Shown here: positions 9,821 through 17,877 of the stretch, piece by piece | How positions within the stretch are numbered: the stretch's first letter is position 1 | How the letters are laid out: the number at the start of each line of letters is the position of its first letter | Notes under the pieces: generated by a model | What the model saw: only the letters and a program-made list of their open reading frames with translations | Databases searched by the model: none | What the model was told of the DNA's origin: nothing | Source of the DNA: Acidobacteriota bacterium | Lineage (GTDB): Bacteria; Acidobacteriota; Polarisedimenticolia; J045 | Length of the DNA stretch: 64,000 bases | Assembly: GCA_031395565.1 (NCBI GenBank) | Contig: JANNUT010000052.1 | Span: 17,882-81,881 of the forward strand | Direction: 5' to 3' | Translations under genes and position numbers: made by a program

Positions 9821-10699
9821 ATGAGAGTCAGCGACGCATTTACTCAGCGGACATTTCTTCGCGATCTGGGTCGCGTTAAAGAGCAACTGAACGGTGCGTT
9901 GGCGCGCGCTAGTTCGGGCCATCGCGTGCGCTACGCTTCTGATGATTCACAAGCAGCGGGCGAGTTGCTTCGCCTCGGGGATGAAACGCGCAGGCTGAAG
10001 GCCCGCCGCGATGTGATCTCGTTGGCAACACCATGGATTTCAGGCAGTGAAACGGCCGTGTCGAATCTGGAGCAAATCCTGATCACGGCCCGCGACCTCG
10101 CGATTCAAGGTGCCTCGGGCACGATGCAGCAGGAAAACCGCGACGCCATCGCCGCGCAGGTGCTCGGCTTGCGCAAACAGTTGGAAGGGCTTACCGAGAC
10201 GCGCGTCAGTGGGCGCTACATTTTTTCTGGAACACTCACTACGACGCCGCCGTTTGACGCCAACGGCCTTTATCAAGGCAACAGCGAGAGCATCGAGACG
10301 CTTCTAGACGAACAAACCGAGGCGATCAATCTGCCGGGCGATGAGGTCTTCGGTGAGGAAGGCGTCGGTGGACCTCGCGAGTTGCTAAGGTCCTTGGAAG
10401 CGGCCTTGCGCGCTGGTGACACTACCGCAATTCAAGGCCTGACGAACCCTCTCGGCGATGCGATTGCCGCCAACTCGACACTGCTCGCCCGCGTCGGGAA
10501 TCGCAGCAAAGCGTTTTCGGATGCTGACGCGCGCCTGGGGGATCAACAACTCGCCGTATCTCAGCGCGCGGCCGACCTGGGGGCGACAGACATGGCCGAG
10601 GCGCTCTCTGACATTCAAAGGTTCCAAACCGGCTATCAAGCAACGCTCGCGGCCGGCAGCCGGTTGTTCGGCCCGAACTTCTTTGACTACATCGGGTGA
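9821..10699 (+). CDS. flgL: Flagellar hook-associated protein 3 FlgL
   Basis: 292 aa. MRVSDAFTQRTFLRDL..., flagellin-N-like and flagellin-C-like ends. Follows flgK. Confidence 0.85.
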   Translation: MRVSDAFTQRTFLRDLGRVKEQLNGALARASSGHRVRYASDDSQAAGELLRLGDETRRLKARRDVISLATPWISGSETAVSNLEQILITARDLAIQGASGTMQQENRDAIAAQVLGLRKQLEGLTETRVSGRYIFSGTLTTTPPFDANGLYQGNSESIETLLDEQTEAINLPGDEVFGEEGVGGPRELLRSLEAALRAGDTTAIQGLTNPLGDAIAANSTLLARVGNRSKAFSDADARLGDQQLAVSQRAADLGATDMAEALSDIQRFQTGYQATLAAGSRLFGPNFFDYIG

Positions 10700-10706
10700 G
10701 TAGCTC

Positions 10707-11141
10707 ATGACACCGACGATGCTCGCCGATGCGCCCAAGCTGGTCGCAGCCGTAGACACCAAGATCCGCTTTCCCGAAGGAATCCCGGGATTCAACGAGG
10801 TTCACGATTGGGAGCTGGTCGCGCTTGGCGGCCTGGAACCATTTCATTGGCTGCGCGCGATTGAGAAAAAGAACCTGAAGTTGATGGTGGTCGAACCGCA
10901 CTTGGTGGTGGATGGCTACGTCCCGATCCTGTCGCGCACCGATCAACATCGGCTGAGTTTGTCGGTCGATGCGCCGCCGCTGATATTCACGATCGTGACG
11001 CTTTGGGACGACAGCTCGGTGACCGTCAATCTGAAGGCACCACTGGTAATGAACGTCAAGTCGATGCAAGGGGCACAACTCGTGCTCGATGGTCAGGATT
11101 GGCCGATGCGCCATCTCATCGGCAACCGCACGCCCGCGTAA
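10707..11141 (+). CDS. fliW: Flagellar assembly factor FliW
   Basis: 144 aa. IRFPEGIPGFNEVHDWELV...FHWLRAIE...VTVNLKAPLVMN is typical FliW. It is followed by csrA. Confidence 0.85.
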   Translation: MTPTMLADAPKLVAAVDTKIRFPEGIPGFNEVHDWELVALGGLEPFHWLRAIEKKNLKLMVVEPHLVVDGYVPILSRTDQHRLSLSVDAPPLIFTIVTLWDDSSVTVNLKAPLVMNVKSMQGAQLVLDGQDWPMRHLIGNRTPA

Positions 11142-11168
11142 CCTGGGCGAGGGACAAGGAGGTCCCCT

Positions 11169-11441
11169 GTGCTTGTACTCAGCCGGAAGGTCGGTGAGTC
11201 GCTCATCATCGGCAACGAGATTCGCGTCAAAGTCGTCGAGGTGCGCGGCGGACAAGTGCGCCTCGGACTGGAAGCGCCACCCGAGGTATCGGTCGTACGA
11301 GAAGAACTTCATCGCGCCGTGGCCGCTGCCAATCGACAGGCAGCGCAGCCGGAAGTGGATGCACTGCTCGACGCGCTGGCGGCAGTGGCCGTTACGCAAA
11401 AGAAGCCGGAAGGATCGAACGGGGAGGGGGAGGATTTATGA
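11169..11441 (+). CDS. csrA: Carbon storage regulator CsrA
   Basis: GTG start after an AAGGAGG RBS. MLVLSRKVGESLIIGNEIRVKVVEVRGGQVRLGLEAPPEVSVVREEL is canonical CsrA. It has a C-terminal extension of about 30 aa. Confidence 0.9.
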   Translation: MLVLSRKVGESLIIGNEIRVKVVEVRGGQVRLGLEAPPEVSVVREELHRAVAAANRQAAQPEVDALLDALAAVAVTQKKPEGSNGEGEDL

Positions 11442-12268
11442 GTGTCGACATCGCACTGATCGAGCCAGCCTTAGCACACTTCGGAATCTTTCCGGAAATT
11501 CCTCCGGCGGCCTCAGTCGTGTTGCCATTGCTCAACGAACTCGGTACCACGCCAGAGGAGCTGGAGCGAGCGATCGAGCTCGAGCCCACGCTTGCCGCGA
11601 CGATCCTGAGTACCGTCAACTCGGCGCAGTTCGGGCTGCACGAAGAAGTGCGCTCGTTGACGAGTGCGATCCAGCTCATGGGTTTCTTGCATCTGCGCTC
11701 GCTGACAATGGCGGCTGTCGCTGCAGGTTTGCGTCATACCGTGGCGAGCGGCTACAGCACTGAGAGCGAGAGGCTTTGGCTCCACGCGATGAACGTCGGG
11801 ATCGGGGCGCGGCGGTTGGGTGAGCGGGCCGGCCTGCCGTGGAGCGAAGAGGCGTTTGTCGCCGGCTTGCTGCATGACTGCGGCCGAACCGTCATGCTCG
11901 CCCAGTCTCCGGCCGAGTACGGCTCGATCATGCGCGCTCGCCGCCGTTTCCCTGACTGCACCGTCGAGCAGAGTTCCTTCGGCGTCGACCACGCGGCGGT
12001 CGGCGCCGCCCTGATGCATCGCTGGGGCATGCCAGAGCAACTGTTCGTCGTGTGTGCCGGGCACCATCGACCGATCGACCCACAGGAGCCGCACGCCGCG
12101 TTGCTGACACTGGTGGCTTTGGCCGATCGCTTCGATGCCGAGATGCCGGTTGAAGACCTGAAGAAGAACGCCGACGCGATCGGGTTACGCGGCCTGGATC
12201 TCGATGCGGTCGGCGATGAGGTGCGCCACGAGGTTGTCGTCGAGCGTGAATCGCTCGCTGCGTTATAG
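11438..12268 (+). CDS. HDOD domain signalling protein
   Basis: 276 aa. LPLLNELGTT..., VNSAQFGL...VRSLTSAIQLMGF, LLHDCGR and HRWGMPE are HDOD-type motifs. ATGA overlap with the csrA stop. Confidence 0.75.
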   Translation: MSVDIALIEPALAHFGIFPEIPPAASVVLPLLNELGTTPEELERAIELEPTLAATILSTVNSAQFGLHEEVRSLTSAIQLMGFLHLRSLTMAAVAAGLRHTVASGYSTESERLWLHAMNVGIGARRLGERAGLPWSEEAFVAGLLHDCGRTVMLAQSPAEYGSIMRARRRFPDCTVEQSSFGVDHAAVGAALMHRWGMPEQLFVVCAGHHRPIDPQEPHAALLTLVALADRFDAEMPVEDLKKNADAIGLRGLDLDAVGDEVRHEVVVERESLAAL

Positions 12269-12306
12269 CGCCGGTCTCGCCAAACAAACTGTCGGCGAAA
12301 CCGGCG
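12269..12306. terminator. Bidirectional stem-loop between the convergent HDOD gene and fliL
   Basis: CGCCGGTCTCGCC-aaacaaactgt-cGGCGAaACCGGCG is a long imperfect hairpin directly after the TAG at 12266-12268. There is no strong T-tract. Confidence 0.45.
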
Positions 12307-12319
12307 AATCCGCTTCCCG

Positions 12320-12892
12320 CTACTGAATGATGAACTCGGTAAACAAAATCTCGGAAACCGAACCTGGCCCCAGCACGGCGTTGAGTTCCTGCGACAGCTC
12401 TCGCCGCAGGCCTTCCTTGCCAATCGGATTGCTAATCTCGGGATAGGTCTTGGCCCCGAGTATCGAGAGCATCCGATCGCGCACACGCGACTTGAGCAAT
12501 TCACTATCGTTGAGCTGCTTTTCGAGTGACTCGTCGCGTGTCACTGCTTTGATCGAGATCTTCAGAAAGCGATCGCCGCGCGTATCAGACAGATTCACAA
12601 CGTACGTTTCCAGCGGGAGCAGGACCTCACCTCCATGAGCGCCTGCGGGAGCGCCGCTAGCGGCGGCACCGTGCTCGCCGCCTGCGGGAGCGCCGTGCTC
12701 GCCAGCCGCAGCAGCTGCTGCAGCTTGCTCGCCGGTGGCTGCTTCGGTTTTCTTCCCGCCACCCATGAAGAACGCGACGCCGAAACCAGCCGCGGCCGCA
12801 ACCACTACGCCGGCACCGAGCATGATGAACAGCTTCGCCTTGCTCTTCTTCTTGACACCTTCTTTTGCTTCCACTTTCGCGTCTTCGGACAT
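12320..12892 (-). CDS. fliL: Flagellar basal-body-associated protein FliL
   Basis: 190 aa. N-terminal TM helix and an Ala/Gly-rich linker. C-terminus ETYVVNLSD..GDRFLKISIKAV...LKSRVRDRMLSILG...ILFTEFIIQ is typical FliL. Confidence 0.8.
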   Translation of the reverse strand: MSEDAKVEAKEGVKKKSKAKLFIMLGAGVVVAAAAGFGVAFFMGGGKKTEAATGEQAAAAAAAGEHGAPAGGEHGAAASGAPAGAHGGEVLLPLETYVVNLSDTRGDRFLKISIKAVTRDESLEKQLNDSELLKSRVRDRMLSILGAKTYPEISNPIGKEGLRRELSQELNAVLGPGSVSEILFTEFIIQ

Positions 12893-12930
12893 TGCGCTCT
12901 CCGCGAGCAGACGGCCGCTGCTCTACGGTC

Positions 12931-12938
12931 GTATCGGC
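12931..12938 (-). promoter_or_regulatory. Possible sigma-28 type -10 box (GCCGATAC) upstream of fliL
   Basis: On the minus strand GCCGATAC matches the FliA -10 consensus GCCGATAA at 7 of 8 positions, 39 nt upstream of the fliL ATG. No convincing TAAA -35 lies at the expected spacing. Confidence 0.25.
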
Positions 12939-13016
12939 ACCGTCGGGGGTGGGCTGTAGAGGCCGGGCTAAAGCCCGAGCCGTATCAAGCCGAAACGATC
13001 GGTGGAGGTAACCCAC

Positions 13017-13286
13017 ATGGACGTGGTGATCGGGCGGATCCCGCCCCCTGGTTCTACCGGTGATCGATCGCCTGAGGCACAGCCACAGGTCGAAGCCCGG
13101 GTCCTGCACATTCGTCAAGCACGCAAGAAGACCGACGTGGACAAGGGCAACCGCAAGTCGGCCGCGCCCTCGACCGATCCACCCGGTGCACGGGTGCTGG
13201 TGCTGATGATTCCTGACGGGCATCGCTTGCCCGAAGACCTCAACAGCGGGGCGTGGCGGGTGTTTCTCCGCTTTGCTCGCAAGTAG
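13017..13286 (+). CDS. Hypothetical small protein (doubtful)
   Basis: An 89-aa ORF with a GGAGGT RBS 7 nt upstream of the ATG. No recognisable family, and the middle is low-complexity. Confidence 0.25.
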   Translation: MDVVIGRIPPPGSTGDRSPEAQPQVEARVLHIRQARKKTDVDKGNRKSAAPSTDPPGARVLVLMIPDGHRLPEDLNSGAWRVFLRFARK

Positions 13287-13337
13287 GAGGCCGGGCCGGT
13301 TGCCGGACGGAGCCCAAGGCCCTTGGTGAAAACCGTC

Positions 13338-13366
13338 TTGCCAACGGGGCCGGTAGTTCCTACAGT
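13338..13366 (+). promoter_or_regulatory. Sigma-70 type promoter of ssrA (TTGCCA-N17-TACAGT)
   Basis: TTGCCA at 13338-13343, a 17-nt spacer, and TACAGT at 13361-13366. The mature tmRNA 5' end is 22 nt downstream, which implies a short RNase P-processed leader. Confidence 0.5.
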
Positions 13367-13388
13367 GGCCTCGCGCAGGACACACCGT

Positions 13389-13741
13389 GGGGGCGAATGG
13401 ACTCGACGGGGATCGCGAAGCGCAGGAAGCACGCCGAGGCCCCGTCCTCGTTAAAAACGGGAAGCGTCATAGACGCCAACAACAACTTCGCTCTCGCTGC
13501 TTAACTCAAATTAAGTGGCGCGTCCCCTCCGCTCCTCCCGTGGTGCGGATACGGGGCGTCATCCTACGCGGGATGGTCCAGCTTCGGCGGCCCACCGGAG
13601 TGCGACGAGACTAACGGGCTGGCTAAGCGCGATCTTGCCCTTCGGAGCGCGTGAGGCGAGACACAAATGAAGCGGCTAAGCGTGTAGAAGCCTGACGTGG
13701 ACCACCCTCGGACGTGGGTTCAATTCCCACCGCCTCCACCA
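13389..13741 (+). ncRNA. ssrA: tmRNA (SsrA), one-piece; tag ANNNFALAA
   Basis: The 5' GGGGGCGAAUGGACUCGACGGGG pairs with the 3' CGCCUCC-ACCA, including a G3:U pair. T-arm GUGGGUUCAAUUCCCAC. Tag ORF GCC AAC AAC AAC TTC GCT CTC GCT GCT TAA at 13475-13504. Confidence 0.92.
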
Positions 13742-13961
13742 TTAACGCTGCTGACGCAGCGTCCATCTCTAACGAGGTGGGAATTGGCCATTGAGCGTTG
13801 CGCGAGATCTCGTGCAACAGGCTCAATTCCCACCGCCTCCACCATTAGCGCTGCTCCCGCAGCGACCATCTCTACGGAGGTGGGAATTGGCCATTGAGCG
13901 CTGCGCGGAGTGTTTTGCAACAGGCTCAATTCCCACCGCCTCCACCATTAACGCTGCTCCC
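13718..13961 (+). repeat. 103-bp tandem repeat, each unit starting with the last ~24 nt of ssrA (2 full units plus a 35-nt third)
   Basis: CAATTCCCACCGCCTCCACCATTA recurs at 13721, 13824 and 13927. Units 1 and 2 are about 86 percent identical by hand alignment. Each unit holds an internal inverted repeat CAATTCCCACC...GGTGGGAATTG. Confidence 0.85.
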
Positions 13962-13985
13962 GTAGTTATCCCGCTTCGCGTTCGA

Positions 13986-15152
13986 CTACGATCCCAGCAA
14001 CTCCCCGACCGGTTTCAGATCTTCGACCCGATCGCACACCGCCTTGATGATCATCAGGATCGGCACGCCAAGTAACAGCCCCCAAATGCCCCAGAGCCAG
14101 CCCCATGCGAGTACGCCGACAAAGATCGCGACTGCGTTCATCCGGCTGGTGCGACTGGTCAGCCACGGCGTCAGCAAATAGCCGACGATGCTATGAATGG
14201 CAAACGACGAGCCGCCCACGAGCAGCGCCATGTCGACCATACCGAACTGCATGTAACCCAGTAGTGCGGACCCAGCACCGATGACCACTGCGCCGAGGTA
14301 AGGGACAAGGTTGGTTACCGCCGCCGCCAACCCCCAAACCGCTGCGTGCTCGAGTCCGATCCAGAGGAACACGAGCCAGGTCGCGAGGCCGACGATCGCA
14401 CTGGTGAACAGTTGCACCAGCAAGAAGCGCTGGATCTGCGCGGTGACTTCATGAAGCGCCTCCAAGGTAATTCTTCTACGACTCAACTTCGGACCGGCCA
14501 GCCTGATCATCTTGCGACGGAACGTATCGCCGGAAACGAGTAGGAAAAAAGTGATCAGAACTACCATGAAACCCTGGCCGATAGCCGCGATCAGCCCCAG
14601 GGTGCCGGTCCATAGGTAGTCCTTGATGTTGAAGCGGGGTCGCTCGACTTCGACCTTCATCACCCCGGGGCGACTGGATGCCGTCGCGGGAGCACCTTCG
14701 TTAGCGGCGCGTTCGAGTTCAGCTGCTGCGCGCTGCACGTTGGCGATCGAACTGGTTGGCGCATTCCGTTGGGGGCGGAGCGAGACACGCAATCGCTGAG
14801 CCGCTACTGGAAGTGACTCGATCAACGATGCGGCATCGTCGCTGAGCATGTACATCATCGAACTCATGCTGCCTACGATGACTATCAGCAAAAGGCTGGC
14901 ACTGACTACGCGCGGGACACGCCAGTGTTGAAGGCGATTGACGATCGGCGAGAGCGCGTAGCTCAGCAAAAGGCCGAGAAGCAGAGGAATGAACACCGCA
15001 CTCGCCCACCGCAGCGTATAGAGGACGGCCAAGATCGCTAACAAGCCGAGCGAGGCGCTGCGCACGTCGATGGGCGCATGGATCACTACTTGCGGTGGTT
15101 CGTTGATTGCTTCGCTACTATCCGAGGAAGCGAAGTTGGGAGCATCCCGCAT
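13986..15152 (-). CDS. AI-2E family transporter (PerM/UPF0118)
   Basis: Start moved to the ATG at 15152, preceded by AAGGAGG. A multi-pass membrane protein with typical AI-2E sequence (FIPLLLGLLLSYALSPIV..., VPYLGAVVIGAGSALL, ILAWGWLWGIWGLLLGVPIL). Confidence 0.85.
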   Translation of the reverse strand: MRDAPNFASSDSSEAINEPPQVVIHAPIDVRSASLGLLAILAVLYTLRWASAVFIPLLLGLLLSYALSPIVNRLQHWRVPRVVSASLLLIVIVGSMSSMMYMLSDDAASLIESLPVAAQRLRVSLRPQRNAPTSSIANVQRAAAELERAANEGAPATASSRPGVMKVEVERPRFNIKDYLWTGTLGLIAAIGQGFMVVLITFFLLVSGDTFRRKMIRLAGPKLSRRRITLEALHEVTAQIQRFLLVQLFTSAIVGLATWLVFLWIGLEHAAVWGLAAAVTNLVPYLGAVVIGAGSALLGYMQFGMVDMALLVGGSSFAIHSIVGYLLTPWLTSRTSRMNAVAIFVGVLAWGWLWGIWGLLLGVPILMIIKAVCDRVEDLKPVGELLGS

Positions 15153-15278
15153 CACGCCTCCTTCGTACGATCGAGATTCCACCCTACAGTAAGGCCCCGT
15201 CGCGAGTACGGATCGCGCTGAGCTGTCAGTGAAATTGTTCCCTGCCTTGGTGGCGCAGCAGGGAGTGCACAATAGCCT

Positions 15279-15371
15279 CTACCGACGACGCCTGGTCCAA
15301 TAGTAGCCACCGCCGCCGCCAAACAGAAGCACCAAGACCACAACTAGAACCAGCATTTCCATGTTGCTCAT
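15279..15371 (-). CDS. Possible 30-aa membrane micro-protein
   Basis: MSNMEMLVLVVVLVLLFGGGGGYYWTRRRR. GGAGATTGAGG lies upstream of the ATG at 15371. Below the ORF-track length cut-off as a stand-alone gene. Confidence 0.3.
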   Translation of the reverse strand: MSNMEMLVLVVVLVLLFGGGGGYYWTRRRR

Positions 15372-15618
15372 CCTCAATCTCCATTCCGTGACGGCCAGAA
15401 GACATATATCTTGGCGAGCAGCGGCCACCACGCAGACAACCGCGTGAGCACCACTGTACGATCGCCCTGAATCACTGTTCACATTCGCCGTAGACGCTTG
15501 TGCCCCTCAGCACTTCCGCAGCGATGGCCGAGGGTCTTCGGTAGCTGAAGGATTTCCTGCCGGCACAAGTAGGATCTATTGCTGAAGTGAATGATTGGCG
15601 ATGAAAGCACTATCGCCA

Positions 15619-15636
15619 ATGGGGCAAAACCCTACC
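15619..15636 (-). promoter_or_regulatory. Island motif copy (GGTAGGGTTTTGCCCCAT), oriented toward the 15371 micro-ORF / AI-2E transporter
   Basis: The plus strand reads ATGGGGCAAAACCCTACC. This copy lies inside the duplicated M48 upstream segment, so it is not independent of the 35760 copy. Confidence 0.4.
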
Positions 15637-15718
15637 AGATGCCGGCCTGGGTCTATCGCCCCATCGTGTCCTTCGCGGCCGCGCCGCGACCTCGACGCTT
15701 CAGTGAGGAGATCGAGCC

Positions 15719-16390
15719 ATGAATACCAATCAGCTTCGAGTGGCCGCCAAAGCGAGCTTTATCGACCGAGCAGGACTTGGAAATCGGTCGCCAGTCGGCC
15801 ATCGCGGTCGAGCGTCAGCTAGCGATCCTGCGAGATCTCTCCGCCAACGCTTACGTGACGGCGGCTGGCAAGCGTCTTGCGGCAATGAACGAAGGCCAGT
15901 TGGCGGGGTGATGGCACACGAAATGTCGCACGTAGTTCTGCGACATGGCACCAATCAAGCATCGAAGGCTCACATGGGACAAACGGGCCTGGGAGTTCTG
16001 GGCGGACTGCTCAGTAAGGAAAAGCGTTCAACGAACAAGGTGATCAGTGCCGTTGGCGGGTTCGGACTCAATGCGCTTTTCTTGAAGTTCAGCCGTACGG
16101 ATGAAGAACAAGCAGACATCGTTGGTGCCCAGGCGATGGCTAAGGCGGGCTACAACCCGCAAGCGATGGTCGACTTCTTCGAGACACTGAGGGCGGAGCA
16201 ATCGCATGATCCGAGCAAGCTAGAGCAGTACTTCAGCAGTCATCCGGCGCCCCAAGATCGTGCCGCTCGTATTCGCAAAGAAATGGCGATGTTGAGAATT
16301 CAAGCTTCTGAAGCGGTTGATGCTTCAAACAAGCGCGGGATAGGCGATCTAGGCGGGGTTCGGCGAGGCGCGCAGATTAGCGCCGACTAG
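15719..16390 (+). pseudogene. Degraded paralogue of the M48 metallopeptidase gene at 35860-37377
   Basis: Nucleotide-level similarity runs from 15619 to about 16335 versus 35760 to about 36669. Three indels relative to the intact copy remove the signal peptide and the FALPGGFMYLNRG block and put about 55 codons out of the ancestral frame. HEMSH and EEQAD are retained, and the C-terminal half is missing. Confidence 0.7.
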
Positions 16391-16680
16391 CCCGTGGGCT
16401 GGTGGCGCTTGTAGGCGCGTCTGGGTTTCCCACTTGGACAGTGCTTCTTAACCGTGCGCCGAGCGCTAACGCTCGCCGTCGTCCCGATCACCGCCAAGTC
16501 AGGGCGTGGCTCGTAGCTCCCGCTGCTGCGGGCGTGTGTCGTTAGTCGATTTGTGTCGCTTCATCGAAGTCGAAAGGCAACGACTCTTGCGGGTCCGGTC
16601 GGGCGCCGAGGCAGGCATCGTGCTGATCTGTCGGTGGCTACTGTTAGCAGCCACCGATTTCGATCAGCTTGATACTCTCT

Positions 16681-17733
16681 TTACCGCTTCACCTTCAGAT
16701 CGTTGTTGACCGACCGAACGCCAGTGCTTGCACGAACGGTCACGGCGGCCATCAGCCAGTCGCCCTCGGTGGGTACTGTGCCGGTGAGTCGTGCGACGCC
16801 GTTCTTGACATCTACCGAGACATCTTTGAACGCCGTCCTACTGCGGAGCGTTTCCTTGGCCGCCTCGAGGACGATGTCGTCTCGAGTCTCAACGGCCTTC
16901 TGAGCCTCGACCGGAACGACCTGAAGCAGATTGTCGACGTGCTTCACGCCCGACACCTTCATCACATCGTTCTCGGCAGCCTGCTTCGACAGTTCGGTAG
17001 GGACCACGCCAAACAGCGTCACAACTCCATTGTCGGTGTCGACGTTGATATCCAGTGCCGGTGTGTCGCCGTCGGCCATCAGCCGCATCTTCGACGCCGT
17101 GCTGATCCACATGTCGGAGAACGTGGAACCGTTGGCTTGACTGCTCGTTGCCGGTGGTGACTGCGCCAGTACTTCCTCTTGGCGGATCTCACGGTCGGCA
17201 AGTTGATCCGGGCTCTGCACTTCGCTCGCGACGCGCTGAACGCCATCCACACCACGTGCGAGGCGGATCGCTCTGAGATGGGCGGACAGGCTTGTAGCCT
17301 TTCCGCTGAGCAGGACGACGCCCTTGTTCACCGATTGCACGCGAATCTGACTGTCGCGCAGAGCTGCGTCGGAATCGAGCTTGGCTCTCACGTTCGTGCT
17401 GATCACCGAGTCCTTGTAGGAAGCAGACTTTCGGTTTGCGTCCGGCACGACTTGCAACAGATTGCGCACCTGCGTCACGCCTTCGATTTGCTTGGCGATC
17501 TCCTCCGCACGCACCTTCTCAGCGCCCGTCTCGACCTTGCCGTGCAGCGTCACGCGCCCGTTGACGGTGTCCACGTTCACTCGCGTGCCCGAAACACTGT
17601 CATCGGTCAATAGAGCAATTTTTGTTTTCATCGTGATCCACGGGTCGGCGCGATATGGCTGTGGTGAACCCGCAGCAAGCGCCAATGACCCGGTCATCAA
17701 GGCCAAAGACCCCAATTTTACGAAAATGTTCAT
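16681..17733 (-). CDS. Secreted multi-BON-domain protein (OsmY-like)
   Basis: Start at 17733 after an AGGAGGA RBS. Signal peptide MNIFVKLGSLALMTGSLALA. Four repeats of the BON pattern (V.V....G.VTL.G.V.....K..A..IA....GV..V.N.L.V). Confidence 0.85.
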   Translation of the reverse strand: MNIFVKLGSLALMTGSLALAAGSPQPYRADPWITMKTKIALLTDDSVSGTRVNVDTVNGRVTLHGKVETGAEKVRAEEIAKQIEGVTQVRNLLQVVPDANRKSASYKDSVISTNVRAKLDSDAALRDSQIRVQSVNKGVVLLSGKATSLSAHLRAIRLARGVDGVQRVASEVQSPDQLADREIRQEEVLAQSPPATSSQANGSTFSDMWISTASKMRLMADGDTPALDINVDTDNGVVTLFGVVPTELSKQAAENDVMKVSGVKHVDNLLQVVPVEAQKAVETRDDIVLEAAKETLRSRTAFKDVSVDVKNGVARLTGTVPTEGDWLMAAVTVRASTGVRSVNNDLKVKR

Positions 17734-17832
17734 GATCAATCCTCCTGAAGGTAGCGCTCGCGAGGGCGCAAGCGCGCCCCGATATCGATTGCCAGCCGTA
17801 GCTGAGGATCGGCCTGCCAGCCGCATCACGAC

Positions 17833-17850
17833 ATGGGGCAAAACCCTACC
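17833..17850 (-). promoter_or_regulatory. Island motif copy, oriented toward the BON gene (100 bp upstream of its ATG)
   Basis: The plus strand reads ATGGGGCAAAACCCTACC. This is the left arm of the 17835-17893 inverted repeat. Confidence 0.5.
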
Positions 17851-17877
17851 GTGCGCCGCGCCTCCAGCACCGCGCGC

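Noticed and set aside
10422-11399. 325-aa minus-strand ORF
   Set aside because: It is antisense to flgL, fliW and csrA, all clearly real genes. It is a shadow ORF.
12657-13385. 242-aa minus-strand ORF spanning the fliL N-terminus and the ssrA upstream region
   Set aside because: It overlaps fliL in another frame and runs through the ssrA promoter. It is Arg/Gly/Cys-rich and no RBS was seen.
13718-13961. Possible CRISPR array
   Set aside because: The period is 103 bp and whole units, not just short repeats, are similar. Each unit starts with the tmRNA 3' end, and no cas genes are present. It was treated as an att-like tandem repeat instead.
15719-16390. An intact 223-aa M48 peptidase gene, as suggested by the ORF track
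   Set aside because: The first ~60 codons are out of the ancestral frame relative to the intact paralogue. The signal peptide, a conserved block and the whole C-terminal domain are missing. It was called a pseudogene or remnant.
16625-16660. Terminator hairpin downstream of the BON gene (GGTGGCT-N9-AGCCACC)
   Set aside because: The stem is only 7 bp, the loop is 9 nt, and there is no U-tract on the relevant minus strand. This is too weak to report as a feature.
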